Positions 1-9,670 of a DNA stretch of 64,000 nucleotides are shown in pieces. Both the position numbers and the translations under genes were made by a program. Under the pieces are notes generated by a model. The model searched no databases, was not told the origin of the DNA, and saw only the letters and a list, made by a program, of their open reading frames with translations. This DNA comes from Oscillospiraceae bacterium (GTDB taxonomy: Bacteria; Bacillota; Clostridia; Oscillospirales; Ruminococcaceae). The stretch spans positions 62,285-126,284 of the forward strand of contig JAKSPJ010000006.1 of assembly GCA_024404915.1 (NCBI GenBank), read 5' to 3'. Each line of letters starts with the position of its first letter. The first letter of the stretch is position 1.

Positions 1-1
1 G

Positions 2-736
2 GTGGGAAACAACCCTGCCTCCAGAGTGTATGTCTCCAATAAAGAAAAGGATTGTGCAGAATGCGGCTTTGCATCTTACGAATATGCATTGCCGGAGGAA
101 ACCACAGAGCAGGAACTTCTGGAGCTGGTAGCAAAGCTGAATCAAGACGATACAATTAACGGTATCCTTGTGCAGCTGCCTCTGCCGAAGCAGATTTGTG
201 AACAGACCATCCTTCACGCTATCTCTCCGATGAAGGATGTAGATGCATTCCATCCGGAAAATGTTGGCCGTATCATGATTGGTGATTATCACTTCCTGCC
301 CTGTACCCCCGCCGGCGTGATTGAAATGCTGGATGCAATGGAAATTGATATCAGCGGAAAGCATTGTGTTGTCATCGGCAGAAGCAACATCGTTGGCAAG
401 CCTATGGCAATGCTTCTGCTGCATCGCAACGGCACTGTTACTATTTGCCATTCCCGCACCAAAGATCTGGCAGAACAGACACGTCAGGCTGACATTCTGA
501 TAGCCGCTGTCGGCAAGGCTGATTTTGTAACAGCTGACATGGTTAAGGAAGGTGCTGTTGTCATTGATGTGGGCATGAACCGCAATGCAGCCGGAAAACT
601 GGTAGGCGATGTCTGCTATGATGAGGTTGCTGCAAAGGCATCCGCAATCACACCGGTACCCGGCGGCGTAGGCCCCATGACTCGTGCAATTCTGATGCGC
701 AATACACTGACTGCCGCAAAGATTCAAATGAAATAA
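2..736 (+). CDS. folD: Bifunctional methylenetetrahydrofolate dehydrogenase/cyclohydrolase FolD, 5'-truncated by the window edge
   Basis: The ORF is open at the window start. Motifs GILVQLPLPKQI, LPCTPAGV, VVIGRSNIVGKPMAMLL and PVPGGVGPMT are typical of FolD. Confidence 0.9.
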   Translation: MGNNPASRVYVSNKEKDCAECGFASYEYALPEETTEQELLELVAKLNQDDTINGILVQLPLPKQICEQTILHAISPMKDVDAFHPENVGRIMIGDYHFLPCTPAGVIEMLDAMEIDISGKHCVVIGRSNIVGKPMAMLLLHRNGTVTICHSRTKDLAEQTRQADILIAAVGKADFVTADMVKEGAVVIDVGMNRNAAGKLVGDVCYDEVAAKASAITPVPGGVGPMTRAILMRNTLTAAKIQMK

Positions 737-756
737 ATTTGTTTCATGTGGAACAG

Positions 757-795
757 AAAGCCGGATACTTCTATACTGAAGTATCCGGCTTTGGC
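757..795 (+). terminator. Hairpin downstream of folD (weak T tract)
   Basis: AAAGCCGGATACTTC / GAAGTATCCGGCTTT inverted repeat followed by TGG; the U tract is short. Confidence 0.45.
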
Positions 796-799
796 ATAA

Positions 800-835
800 C
801 ACAAAAAGCAGGGAAACGATATTCGTTTCCCTGCT
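800..835 (-). terminator. Intrinsic terminator of the lipoprotein gene
   Basis: On the minus strand, AGCAGGGAAACG-loop-CGTTTCCCTGCT is followed by TTTTTGT. Confidence 0.6.
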
Positions 836-850
836 TCTATAGCACCTGAA

Positions 851-2305
851 TTAATAGCCGCCATACATGCTGGTGTAGCTATTCATCAACGCCTGCTGAT
901 ATCCGATGTAATCGATATCCAGTACCTTATAGCGTCGGAACGCTGCCTGGTTGCGTGTAGAAGGCAGATTCTTTGCCATGTCATTAATCATATCCAGGAA
1001 TTCCTGATAATACATGGAGCTCAATGTGCTGTCCTGGGTAGATTCGTTCCACAAATCATCTGAAGTCATACGCTCTTCCAGATCCATCTTCACAACAATA
1101 TAATAACACTCTTCATCTTTAATCAGTTCCGGTTTCAAAAGCGGAGTTGATTCATCTGAAGCCCAATTGTAAACCTTCTCACACGGTGTGTAGCTTGGTT
1201 CAGTCGTTGTGGTGTCAGCTTTATCGTTCTCCTTTTCAGAAGCAGTTGTGCTGACAGCATAGACCTTCTCGTTGAATGTATCATAGCTGGTAGCAGTTGT
1301 TGTGGTGGTTGTAGTGGTTGTATCAGTGGTCTCTGTGGTAACAGAAACGGTTGTTTCTTCAGTTTCTTCATCCGCAGCCGCTGCCGTGGTTGTTGTGGCT
1401 GTTGTAGTATCTGCTGTAGTGGTTTCGTCTTCCTCGCCAGCGGTGGTACCTGTGCTGCCGTTCTTATCGGTTGTCAGCTTTGCAGTCGTTTCCGTGGTAA
1501 TGGTGCTGCCATTTTCATCTGTTGTAGTAACCGCAGCATTAGAAAGAGAAGTCACATAATTCTCATGCTCCTCAATCAGGAAGTCAAACTCATTCATTAA
1601 CTCTGCTTCTGACTTTGTTTTCTTGCTCAGACGCTTGAGATAATCATTTGCCATTTCTTCAATCTGCTTCTTGCCATCCGCTTTCAGCAAATTGCCTTCG
1701 CCATCCTTCAGAGGCATTTCAATATACTTGAATCTGAAATGATTCTCTTTATAGTTGTCATACAGTTCCTGTTCCTGAATGCCCTTAATGCCGTCCACAG
1801 CGTAATACGCTTCCCAGATTGCATCCTGCTTATAGGAATTCAGGATAATATCCTTCACGGACTGCTCGCCGATACCAGCGGAGTTGAAGAAATCGCCATA
1901 GTAACTCATACTGGTTTTGGCGCTGTTTTCAGCTGCTGCAAGCTGTTCACCGGTCAGCTTCAGATCCAAAGCATCAAATTCCTTCTCGATTGCCACAAAT
2001 GTCTTGCAGTACTCCTCTGCCTTATTCTGAATCCACTCATTTGCGGTAATCTGGTCAATATCGGCCTTATCCAGAATCTTCTTAAAATCCTTGGATTCCG
2101 CTGCACCTGTGAATTCCTCGCCACCCTCACGAAGCACCTGTACTGCCTCGCCGTATGCGCTTGTTGCATAATACAGATAAATTCCTGCACGAACATCGAA
2201 ATCTGCTACATCCATAACATAAGCGGTATTCTCACCGCAGGATGCACAGGTAAAAACAGAAGTTGCCGCAAGCACCATGGCAGCAGCTTTTTTCAACAAT
2301 TTCAT
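851..2305 (-). CDS. Putative secreted lipoprotein with Thr-rich low-complexity linker (function unknown; possibly SurA/PrsA-N-like chaperone, tentative)
   Basis: I placed the start at the internal ATG 2305, which has AAGGAGG upstream. MKLLKKAAAMVLAATSVFTCASCG looks like a signal peptide with a lipobox-like Cys. Long Thr tracts are present (TTTTTTTTTATS, TTETTAKLTT). No catalytic motif was recognised. Confidence 0.7.
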   Translation of the reverse strand: MKLLKKAAAMVLAATSVFTCASCGENTAYVMDVADFDVRAGIYLYYATSAYGEAVQVLREGGEEFTGAAESKDFKKILDKADIDQITANEWIQNKAEEYCKTFVAIEKEFDALDLKLTGEQLAAAENSAKTSMSYYGDFFNSAGIGEQSVKDIILNSYKQDAIWEAYYAVDGIKGIQEQELYDNYKENHFRFKYIEMPLKDGEGNLLKADGKKQIEEMANDYLKRLSKKTKSEAELMNEFDFLIEEHENYVTSLSNAAVTTTDENGSTITTETTAKLTTDKNGSTGTTAGEEDETTTADTTTATTTTAAAADEETEETTVSVTTETTDTTTTTTTTTATSYDTFNEKVYAVSTTASEKENDKADTTTTEPSYTPCEKVYNWASDESTPLLKPELIKDEECYYIVVKMDLEERMTSDDLWNESTQDSTLSSMYYQEFLDMINDMAKNLPSTRNQAAFRRYKVLDIDYIGYQQALMNSYTSMYGGY

Positions 2306-2508
2306 TAAAACAAAAGCCTCCTTATAAACATGTGTAACATAGCATAATGATACATTATCTATTATACATGATTTTGCAAAAAAAGTCCATACCCTTTTTG
2401 CATTTTTTTCAAAACAAACGAAATTTTCACCTGTTTTTCTCAATGCCTTATATACAAAGTAGACAATAACAAATAAAAAAATAGAAATGTTTTATAACAT
2501 GGTTTTTC

Positions 2509-2537
2509 TTGCATATTTTTAAAGAATATGCTATAAT
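2509..2537 (+). promoter_or_regulatory. Sigma-A type promoter for the zinc-ribbon gene pair
   Basis: TTGCAT, 17 nt spacer, TATAAT, with a TGC extended -10 (aatatgcTATAAT). Confidence 0.55.
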
Positions 2538-2620
2538 ATAGGAAATACAGAATGGCACTGTCCGCCGTATGTATTGACACACAAATAGGAAATCGGATGT
2601 TTCACAAGGAGGTTTTTCTG

Positions 2621-2968
2621 ATGATCACATGTATGAAATGTGGCGCACAACACCCTGATAATTATACCCAGTGCCCCAATTGCGGAAATTTACTGCAGCA
2701 GCCAATCCCCGCTCAGCCGACATATAACGGCTATATTCCGCCAGCATACCAGGAAGCACCTACAACATCTGTGGGCGCATGGTTCGGCTGGTACCTGCTT
2801 TGCGCATTTCTCCCGATTATTGGTGCAATCATTCTTTTGAATGTATCCAAGGACCCGTCTGTAAAGAATTTTGCAAAGCTGAATATCATTCTGTCCATTA
2901 TCGGTCTGGTTGTAGGAATCCTTATGTTTATGCTTATATTCTCTATGATTCGTTCATATATTATGTAA
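2621..2968 (+). CDS. Zinc-ribbon membrane protein (paralog 1)
   Basis: ATG 2621 is preceded by AAGGAGG. A CMKCG...CPNCG zinc ribbon is followed by two hydrophobic helices (GAWFGWYLLCAFLPIIGAIILL, ILSIIGLVVGILMFMLIF). Confidence 0.7.
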   Translation: MITCMKCGAQHPDNYTQCPNCGNLLQQPIPAQPTYNGYIPPAYQEAPTTSVGAWFGWYLLCAFLPIIGAIILLNVSKDPSVKNFAKLNIILSIIGLVVGILMFMLIFSMIRSYIM

Positions 2969-2984
2969 AATAGGAGGAATAGAA

Positions 2985-3329
2985 ATGGCAAGATGTGCAC
3001 AGTGCGGCTCTGAGCAGCCGGATTTTTATAAGAACTGTCCGCAGTGTGGCGGCGCAATTATCGCAGGACCTGCTGGTCCCGCAGCACCCACAGCTGTATA
3101 TACCCCTGCTGGTTCCACCCGTCAGATTACAACAGTCGGCGGCTGGTTTGGCTGGACAATGCTGCTTGGCTTCCTTCCGATTATCGGAGCAGTCATTATG
3201 ATGCTCACATCCAAGGACGAAACCGCTAAGAACTATGCCAAACTGATGCTGATTCTGCAGATTGTCGGAATCGTGCTGAGTATTGCATTCAATGGTCTTA
3301 TGGCTTCCGTCATTGAAAATATGCTATAA
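2985..3329 (+). CDS. Zinc-ribbon membrane protein (paralog 2)
   Basis: It has a CAQCG...CPQCG zinc ribbon. It shares the core GWFGW..L..FLPIIGA.I..L.SKD...KN.AKL with the gene immediately upstream. Confidence 0.75.
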   Translation: MARCAQCGSEQPDFYKNCPQCGGAIIAGPAGPAAPTAVYTPAGSTRQITTVGGWFGWTMLLGFLPIIGAVIMMLTSKDETAKNYAKLMLILQIVGIVLSIAFNGLMASVIENML

Positions 3330-3345
3330 TGCGATACTGACTAAG

Positions 3346-3380
3346 AAACGCCGCACATTTGTGCGGCGTTTTACTGTTTT
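3346..3380 (+). terminator. Intrinsic terminator
   Basis: ACGCCGCAC-attt-GTGCGGCGT followed by TTTTACTGTTTT. Confidence 0.7.
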
Positions 3381-3407
3381 CGGCGGTTGGTTCCGTAATT
3401 TATATGG

Positions 3408-3446
3408 AATATAAAAACGGCTTGCTTCCTAAGAAGCAAGCCGTTT
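3408..3446 (-). terminator. Intrinsic terminator of the ABC ATPase gene (hairpin flanked by A/T runs on both sides)
   Basis: ACGGCTTGCTTC-ctaa-GAAGCAAGCCGT, with TTTTATATT following on the minus strand. Confidence 0.7.
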
Positions 3447-3473
3447 TGACACGTTTTCAACAATTCACAAAAA

Positions 3474-4613
3474 TCAGTTGATAATGGTCTTCTCTGTTTC
3501 CTTATCGAAGAGGTGGATGTACTCTGCATCGAATACAACATCAATCTCATCCTGCGGACGAGCAGTAGACTTCGGAGAAACACGAGCAGTCATCTTTACG
3601 CCCTGGAAATCGAGGTACAGATAGGTCTCAGCGCCCATCAGCTCAGTGATCTCAACAACAGTCTTGACGATACCGGTAGTAGCATTTGCAAGATACTGCG
3701 GCTCATCGTGAATGTTCTCAGGACGGATACCAAGGATAACTTCCTTGTCAATGTAGTGCTCCAGATCCGGAGTAACCTTGCTCTGGGGCAGAATAACCTC
3801 AGATACAACGCCTCTGCTGATACGGGTATCAGAAGAACCGAACTGAACAACATACTGACCTTCTCTGTAAATCAGAACAGCATCGATGAAGTTCATCTGC
3901 GGAGAACCAAGGAAGCCTGCAACGAACTTGTTGCACGGTGTCTCATACAGGTTCTGCGGAGTATCAATCTGCTGTACATAACCGCCCTTCATAACTACGA
4001 TACGGTCACCCATTGTCATAGCCTCAGTCTGGTCATGTGTAACATAGATGAAGGTTGTGCCAAGACGCTTATGAAGCAGAGAAATCTCGGTTCTCATCTG
4101 TGCACGGAGCTTAGCGTCCAGGTTGGACAGCGGCTCGTCAAGCAGGAATACCTGCGGGTTACGAACGATAGCACGGCCCAGAGCCACACGCTGACGCTGA
4201 CCACCGGACATAGCCTTCGGCTTACGGTTCAGCAGCGGAGTCAGGTCGAGGATTCTTGCAGCCTCTTCAACCTTACGAGCGATTTCGTCCTTCGGAACCT
4301 TACGGAGCTTCAGACCAAATGCCATATTATCAAATACGGTCATGTGCGGATACAGAGCATAGTTCTGGAACACCATTGCGATGTCACGGTCCTTCGGTGC
4401 GATATCGTTTACCAGACGGTCACCGATATACAGCTCACCTTCGGAAATCTCTTCCAGACCTGCGATCATACGCAGTGTTGTGGACTTACCACAACCGGAA
4501 GGTCCAACCAGAACGATGAATTCCTTATCACGGATTTCAAGGTTTACATCAGATACAGCGATAACGCCGCCGGGATACTTCTTGTAAATACCCCGCAAAG
4601 ACAAACTTGCCAT
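3474..4613 (-). CDS. Sugar ABC transporter ATP-binding protein, MsmX/MsmK/MalK family (orphan, no cognate permease adjacent)
   Basis: Walker [10 protein letters not shown], signature [14 protein letters not shown], Walker [12 protein letters not shown], and a C-terminal MalK-type regulatory extension. Confidence 0.9.
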   Translation of the reverse strand: MASLSLRGIYKKYPGGVIAVSDVNLEIRDKEFIVLVGPSGCGKSTTLRMIAGLEEISEGELYIGDRLVNDIAPKDRDIAMVFQNYALYPHMTVFDNMAFGLKLRKVPKDEIARKVEEAARILDLTPLLNRKPKAMSGGQRQRVALGRAIVRNPQVFLLDEPLSNLDAKLRAQMRTEISLLHKRLGTTFIYVTHDQTEAMTMGDRIVVMKGGYVQQIDTPQNLYETPCNKFVAGFLGSPQMNFIDAVLIYREGQYVVQFGSSDTRISRGVVSEVILPQSKVTPDLEHYIDKEVILGIRPENIHDEPQYLANATTGIVKTVVEITELMGAETYLYLDFQGVKMTARVSPKSTARPQDEIDVVFDAEYIHLFDKETEKTIIN

Positions 4614-4779
4614 TTTTGAGTCCTCCTGTTTTTACATATCAAAATTTATCCATGCAGAGCCGACAAAAATGAACGGAGCATTCATTCGTCTCATCCTGCA
4701 AGTATGCGTAAACGCATACATAATGAAACAAGTTAATTGATTATATTGCACAGCAAAAGACAATATAATTCTTACTACA

Positions 4780-4808
4780 ATAATACCAGATTTTTTCAAT
4801 TCGGTCAA
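4780..4808 (-). promoter_or_regulatory. Sigma-A type promoter for the ABC ATPase gene
   Basis: On the minus strand: TTGACC, 17 nt spacer, TATTAT. It would give a 5' UTR of roughly 165 nt. Confidence 0.5.
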
Positions 4809-4835
4809 GATACTTAATAACCAAAGTTATTTCCC

Positions 4836-5606
4836 TTAAATTATCCAATATGACGAATAGTTACACTGGCAAAATTCACATACATACGAAATATCCGAAC
4901 TTTTCAACGCAGAATCTATATCTTTGTTTATTATATTGAAATATCCACCAGCCGGGAGCTCCGGCGGAAGTGAAAGCTGTCCGATTTGCACACGCAGAAG
5001 TTCATCCACATGATTGCCGGCAGCAGCAAACATACGGCGCACCTGATGGTATTTGCCCTCATGCAGTTCCACCACAGCAAGATGTGCTTCAATTGCCTCA
5101 CAGGAAGCCGGCAGACACGCCTCTTCCCTATCGCCCTCCCGCAGCATCATTCCGCTCTGAAACAGACTGCGGTATTCATCTTTGAAGGGGTCACGCAGTT
5201 TCACAAGATAATACTTCGGCGCATGGTGCCTTGGAGAAATCAGTTTATGCGCTGTCTGTCCGTCATCCGTCAGCAAAAGCAAACCGGATGAATCCTTGTC
5301 CAATCTTCCGCAGGGTGAAACCCCTGGAAATCTTTCCTCGGGAGATAACAAGTCCAGTACCGTTATCTGTTTTTTGTCATTGGCGGCAGTAATCACACCC
5401 TTGGGTTTATGCATCAGATACCAGTGATATTTCTGATATACTACTGCCTTTCCAAGCAGGGTGATGCTGTCACGTTCCTCGCTGATACGAATATCATTTT
5501 TCAAAACTGCCACACCATTGACTGTGGCCTTTCCATGCCGAATCATGTCACATATTTCCCTGCGGGAATATGTGGTCTGATCTGACAAAAATTTATCCAG
5601 CCGCAT
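4836..5606 (-). CDS. rRNA pseudouridine synthase, RsuA/RluB family
   Basis: N-terminal S4 domain (MRLDKFLSDQ...VNG), catalytic GRLDKDSSGLLLLTDDG, and HQVRRMF. Confidence 0.85.
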   Translation of the reverse strand: MRLDKFLSDQTTYSRREICDMIRHGKATVNGVAVLKNDIRISEERDSITLLGKAVVYQKYHWYLMHKPKGVITAANDKKQITVLDLLSPEERFPGVSPCGRLDKDSSGLLLLTDDGQTAHKLISPRHHAPKYYLVKLRDPFKDEYRSLFQSGMMLREGDREEACLPASCEAIEAHLAVVELHEGKYHQVRRMFAAAGNHVDELLRVQIGQLSLPPELPAGGYFNIINKDIDSALKSSDISYVCEFCQCNYSSYWII

Positions 5607-5646
5607 ACATCAATTCCCCCGGGCATATCCACAGTTTCAACATGCT

Positions 5647-6114
5647 TTATTCAGGCTTCTCCTGGTTGTCAGAGGCCTGCAGCTCGCTAATAATGCGAAC
5701 GAAATCTTCCACGTCGGTAAATGCTTTATAAACCGATGCAAAACGCACATAAGCAACAGCATCAACATTCTTCAGCTTCTCCAGTACCATTTCACCCAAA
5801 CGGTCAGGAGATACCGGATTAATCATTTCCAGATTCAGCTCGCTCTCGATGTCATCTACGATTGCTTCAATCTGCTCCATGCTGACAGAACGCTTTTTCA
5901 CAGAATTCAGGATACCTGTAATCAGCTTGTTGCGCTTAAACACTTCGATACTGCCGTCACGTTTTGCAACTGTCAGCAAAGGGCGTTCCACGCTTTCAAA
6001 GGTATTGAAACGCTTTCCGCAGACTGCACAGGAACGGCGCCGCTTTTTCTTCCCCTCCACAGAGCGGGAATCCAACACCTTCGTGTCTTCGGCATTACAC
6101 CATGGACAACGCAT
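5647..6114 (-). CDS. nrdR: Transcriptional repressor NrdR
   Basis: MRCPWCN...CAVCGKRFNTFE zinc ribbon followed by an ATP-cone; the 155 aa length is typical. Confidence 0.9.
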   Translation of the reverse strand: MRCPWCNAEDTKVLDSRSVEGKKKRRRSCAVCGKRFNTFESVERPLLTVAKRDGSIEVFKRNKLITGILNSVKKRSVSMEQIEAIVDDIESELNLEMINPVSPDRLGEMVLEKLKNVDAVAYVRFASVYKAFTDVEDFVRIISELQASDNQEKPE

Positions 6115-6138
6115 TCAAGCACCTCCTCGGACAGTATC

Positions 6139-6921
6139 TCAGATTTTCTGAAGGATACGCTGAAGCCGTTTCCAATCCTCTTTCAGTTCCGAAGAATTGC
6201 CAAAGGCATTGCGGTAAAGCTCAAGCGTAATATTTCCCTCGAAGCCCTGTTGTTTCAGAGCTGATAAAAACGAAGCAATCTGGAATCTTCCGGCTCCGAT
6301 TCTCAGGCAATCGCCCAGGGGGCCGTGATCACTGATATGAACATGGGCAATATGTTTTCCAATTGCCTGGACTGCTTCTTCTATATTCATATTGGCACGG
6401 ACTGCCTGCTTCACATCAAAAGTAATGTTTGCTTCATCACCCAGATTTTTGCAGAAGTCCCGCAGGAATTTCAGATTCTGGCTTTCATATTTATAAACAT
6501 TCTCCTGGGTAACAACTACACCATAGGGGGCAGCCGTCTCAGCAAGCATATGAAACCGTTCAAAGTAAATTTCGGGTTTAATCTGTCCCATCAAGGCACC
6601 ATGCAAAATATAGTATTTTGCGCCCCAAAGCTGCATTGCAGAAAAAACATGTTTAGCCTCGTCCAGAAAGTCGCTGCATCTGCGGTGATACTGGGAAAAC
6701 AGCATAAAGCCTTCATTTGGTGCTGTCCAGGGATGCACAGATGCACAGCTTACACCAAAACGGCGAAGCATCACTGCCAGGTCATTGGCGTACACCGGTC
6801 TGCACTCTGAGGGCGCATTCAGGAAAATTTCCACGTTGCGGATTCCATGAAGGCACAAATCATAGAGGGCATCCTCAGTGGGCATGGGAAACAGACATGA
6901 TGTGGATACGGCTGGAATCAT
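6139..6921 (-). CDS. Sugar phosphate isomerase/epimerase (xylose-isomerase-like TIM barrel family)
   Basis: 260 aa with HVHISDH and ITLELY-type metal-site strands typical of the AP-endonuclease-2/xylose-isomerase-like fold. Confidence 0.65.
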   Translation of the reverse strand: MIPAVSTSCLFPMPTEDALYDLCLHGIRNVEIFLNAPSECRPVYANDLAVMLRRFGVSCASVHPWTAPNEGFMLFSQYHRRCSDFLDEAKHVFSAMQLWGAKYYILHGALMGQIKPEIYFERFHMLAETAAPYGVVVTQENVYKYESQNLKFLRDFCKNLGDEANITFDVKQAVRANMNIEEAVQAIGKHIAHVHISDHGPLGDCLRIGAGRFQIASFLSALKQQGFEGNITLELYRNAFGNSSELKEDWKRLQRILQKI

Positions 6922-6987
6922 ACTAAAAATCTCCTCCCTCCGCTGCCACTTCTGCAGATGGTTACACTATATCCAATTTATTATAAC

Positions 6988-7019
6988 ACAAAGCACCCTG
7001 CAAATGCAAGGTGCTTTGT
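6988..7019 (-). terminator. Hairpin between secF and the isomerase gene (possible terminator; overlaps a TGTTATAAT extended -10 on the minus strand)
   Basis: ACAAAGCACC ... GGTGCTTTGT inverted repeat. The minus-strand T tract is poor, so its function is uncertain. Confidence 0.35.
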
Positions 7020-7093
7020 TTATTTTCAGAATATCACACAATGATTACTCTGAATACATCCACTTTTTATGCATGCATATGAGAGTCCAGGGA

Positions 7094-8080
7094 TTATTCT
7101 GCCTTCTCTTTTTTCTCACGGGTTTTCCAAGCTGTCCAGAGCATCGGAGCAAGACCCAAAGAAGAGTAACAACCGGAAATCATACCAACTGTCATCGGAA
7201 TGCTGAAACGCAGAATAGAATCAACATGGTTTACAGCTGCGAGAATGGTGATAATCAGCATTGCTGTGATGGTAGTGATAGAAGTACGGACTGTACGGCG
7301 GATTGTCTGGCTGAGGGAAATGTTCACCAGCTCAGGCAGCTTTGTGTTTGCAGGAAGCAGAGCCTGGTTCTCACGGATTCGGTCATAAATAACGATGGTA
7401 TCGTTTACGGAATAACCGAGGATGGTCAGAATAACTGCCATGAAGTTGGAGTCAATCTCAAAACCGCATACAACGAATGTGCCGAATACGATTGCAAGGT
7501 CATGGAACAATGCCACAACTGCAAAGATACCTGCACTCCATCCGGAAATACGCTTGAATCGCCATGCAATGTAGAGAATCAGCACTACAGAAGCAAAGAT
7601 TGCAGCTACAGAACATTTTGCCAGGAACTGCTTACCGGATTTTGCGGCAACGTCGTTGGTTTCCAGAGCATCAATCTTGCTGTCGGGATATTTCTCCTGA
7701 AGCTTTTTCAGAAGTGCATCCTGCATCTCTGCGCTGAAGGACTTCTCCATGGAGAAAGAAAGCGTAAATGTGGTCTGCTTTTCGCCGGTAAATGTTTCGC
7801 CAAGCTGCACCTTAACCGGTGTGTTGAGATAATCCTTTGCAAGTGCTGCAATATCATTCTCATTCACAGAACCGCTGTAGGAATATTCTGCCAGTGTACC
7901 GCCCTTGAACTCGATGGAAACCTGTACGCCTCTGATGAAGCAGAACAGCATAATCACAACCACCAGTACAGAGGAAAGAACAAAGAACTTTTTGCGGTTT
8001 CCGTAGAAATCACGCACCTTCAGATCCTGAAGAACGGACTGAACATTGGATGAATTATTTTTATTATTCGACTTACTCAT
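7094..8080 (-). CDS. secF: Protein translocase subunit SecF
   Basis: Six-TM SecF architecture with LHDLAIVFG and GYSVNDTIVIYDRIREN motifs. Its start overlaps the secD stop (ATGA). Confidence 0.9.
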   Translation of the reverse strand: MSKSNNKNNSSNVQSVLQDLKVRDFYGNRKKFFVLSSVLVVVIMLFCFIRGVQVSIEFKGGTLAEYSYSGSVNENDIAALAKDYLNTPVKVQLGETFTGEKQTTFTLSFSMEKSFSAEMQDALLKKLQEKYPDSKIDALETNDVAAKSGKQFLAKCSVAAIFASVVLILYIAWRFKRISGWSAGIFAVVALFHDLAIVFGTFVVCGFEIDSNFMAVILTILGYSVNDTIVIYDRIRENQALLPANTKLPELVNISLSQTIRRTVRTSITTITAMLIITILAAVNHVDSILRFSIPMTVGMISGCYSSLGLAPMLWTAWKTREKKEKAE

Positions 8081-9537
8081 TTTTCAGCACCTCCGTACAG
8101 TTTTCTGTTCTGGAAGCATTTGAACTTCGAGAGAGAAGTCAGCATCAGACGAGAAGCCAGAACGCCCATGATAAAGTTGAAGATAACACCCGTCAGCAGG
8201 GTAAAGCCGAAGGAGAAGATTGTACCCTCCGTGGAAATACCAAACCATCTGAACAGGAAGGAAAGCAGCTTTGCAAAGAAGCTGGAGGAAACACCAAATG
8301 CGCCCATCAGAATGACTGCCACAATGATGATTGTCATGTTACCATCCAGAATTGCTGTGAAGGAGCGCTTGTATGCTGCCTTCAGAGCAGATTCCAGGGA
8401 CTTTCCTGTATTCAGCTCTTCCTTAATACGCTCACCTGTAATGATGTTACAGTCAACGCCCATACCGATTGCCAGGATGATACCTGCAATACCCGGAATG
8501 GTCAGTGTGTTGGAATCCTCAAAACCGAACCAGCCGGAGATTACGGCCAGTGTACCTGCAACCTGGCCAAGCAGTGCAACTGCTGCCACAAAGCCGGGCA
8601 CACGATACAGTACAATCATGTAAATCATAATCAGGATCAGTGCAATGATACCGGAGAGCATCATAATCTGCAAAGCACCGGAACCCATGCTGGGGGAAAT
8701 GGTCTTGAAGGTTTCTGTTTTCAGATTGAAGGGCAGCGCACCGCCGTTAATCTTATCTGCCAGAGCCTTTGCGCCCTCATAATCAAAGTTACCGGTAATG
8801 GAAGCACTGCCGGAGCTGATAACATCATTAACTGTCGGATAGGAAATGCAGTTTGTATCCATCCAGATAGAAATGACGTAGCGCTCAGATGATGAGCTGG
8901 TAAAATCAAGGTATTCAGCATCGCCGTTCACTGCAGCAGATGTTGCATCTGCGAAGGCCTTCGTGCCGCTTTCCTTCAGATTCAGTGCCACAGCATATTT
9001 GCCTGTTGGGTTGCCGGAGCTGTCACGCTCCAGGGTAACGTATGCTTCTTCCACATCCGTTCCTTCCAGCACCACATCGCCCATCGGAGCGATGGTGGTA
9101 TTGCCGTCGTCATCCACTGAAGTGTTATAATTGAAGCCCTTGCGGAACTGCAATTTTGCCGTTTCACCCAGTTCCTTTACGGCTGCTTCCGGATTGAAAT
9201 CCGTTTCACCTGTCTGCCAGGGGAAACGCACGATAACCTTATCGTTGCTTTCGTCCATATAAACTTCATAGTCATTGATACCGAGTGTTATGAGACGAGC
9301 CTTCATAACCTCTTCTACAGCCTCCAACTGCTGTTTGTTTGCGTCAATGCCATCCGCAGGACCGAATGTAACATCGACACCGCCCTGAATATCAATGCCC
9401 AGACGGATGTCCTTCAGGCCCTTGATATAGACGGTTGTCAAATCACCGTACTGATTTCTGACACCCAGAACCGTGGATGCCGCGAATGCGATAATCAGAA
9501 TAAATACGATGAAAAAGACTGATTTTTTGTTCTTCAC
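8077..9537 (-). CDS. secD: Protein translocase subunit SecD
   Basis: Large periplasmic domain plus C-terminal TM bundle (GIAGIILAIGMGVDCNIITGERIKEE). GTG 9537 has AAGGAGG 7 nt upstream and is preferred over the ORF-track ATG at 9597. Confidence 0.9.
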   Translation of the reverse strand: MKNKKSVFFIVFILIIAFAASTVLGVRNQYGDLTTVYIKGLKDIRLGIDIQGGVDVTFGPADGIDANKQQLEAVEEVMKARLITLGINDYEVYMDESNDKVIVRFPWQTGETDFNPEAAVKELGETAKLQFRKGFNYNTSVDDDGNTTIAPMGDVVLEGTDVEEAYVTLERDSSGNPTGKYAVALNLKESGTKAFADATSAAVNGDAEYLDFTSSSSERYVISIWMDTNCISYPTVNDVISSGSASITGNFDYEGAKALADKINGGALPFNLKTETFKTISPSMGSGALQIMMLSGIIALILIMIYMIVLYRVPGFVAAVALLGQVAGTLAVISGWFGFEDSNTLTIPGIAGIILAIGMGVDCNIITGERIKEELNTGKSLESALKAAYKRSFTAILDGNMTIIIVAVILMGAFGVSSSFFAKLLSFLFRWFGISTEGTIFSFGFTLLTGVIFNFIMGVLASRLMLTSLSKFKCFQNRKLYGGAEK

Positions 9538-9670
9538 TGCCAAGCCTCCTTGTTTATTAACTAATCGCACACTGTCTGTTACGACAAATGACGACAAGCA
9601 ATTTAATTATAGTGCATTTCCGCACAATTGTCAAGTCATTCCATCAAATTTTCAAGGTGTTTCCGAAAAA

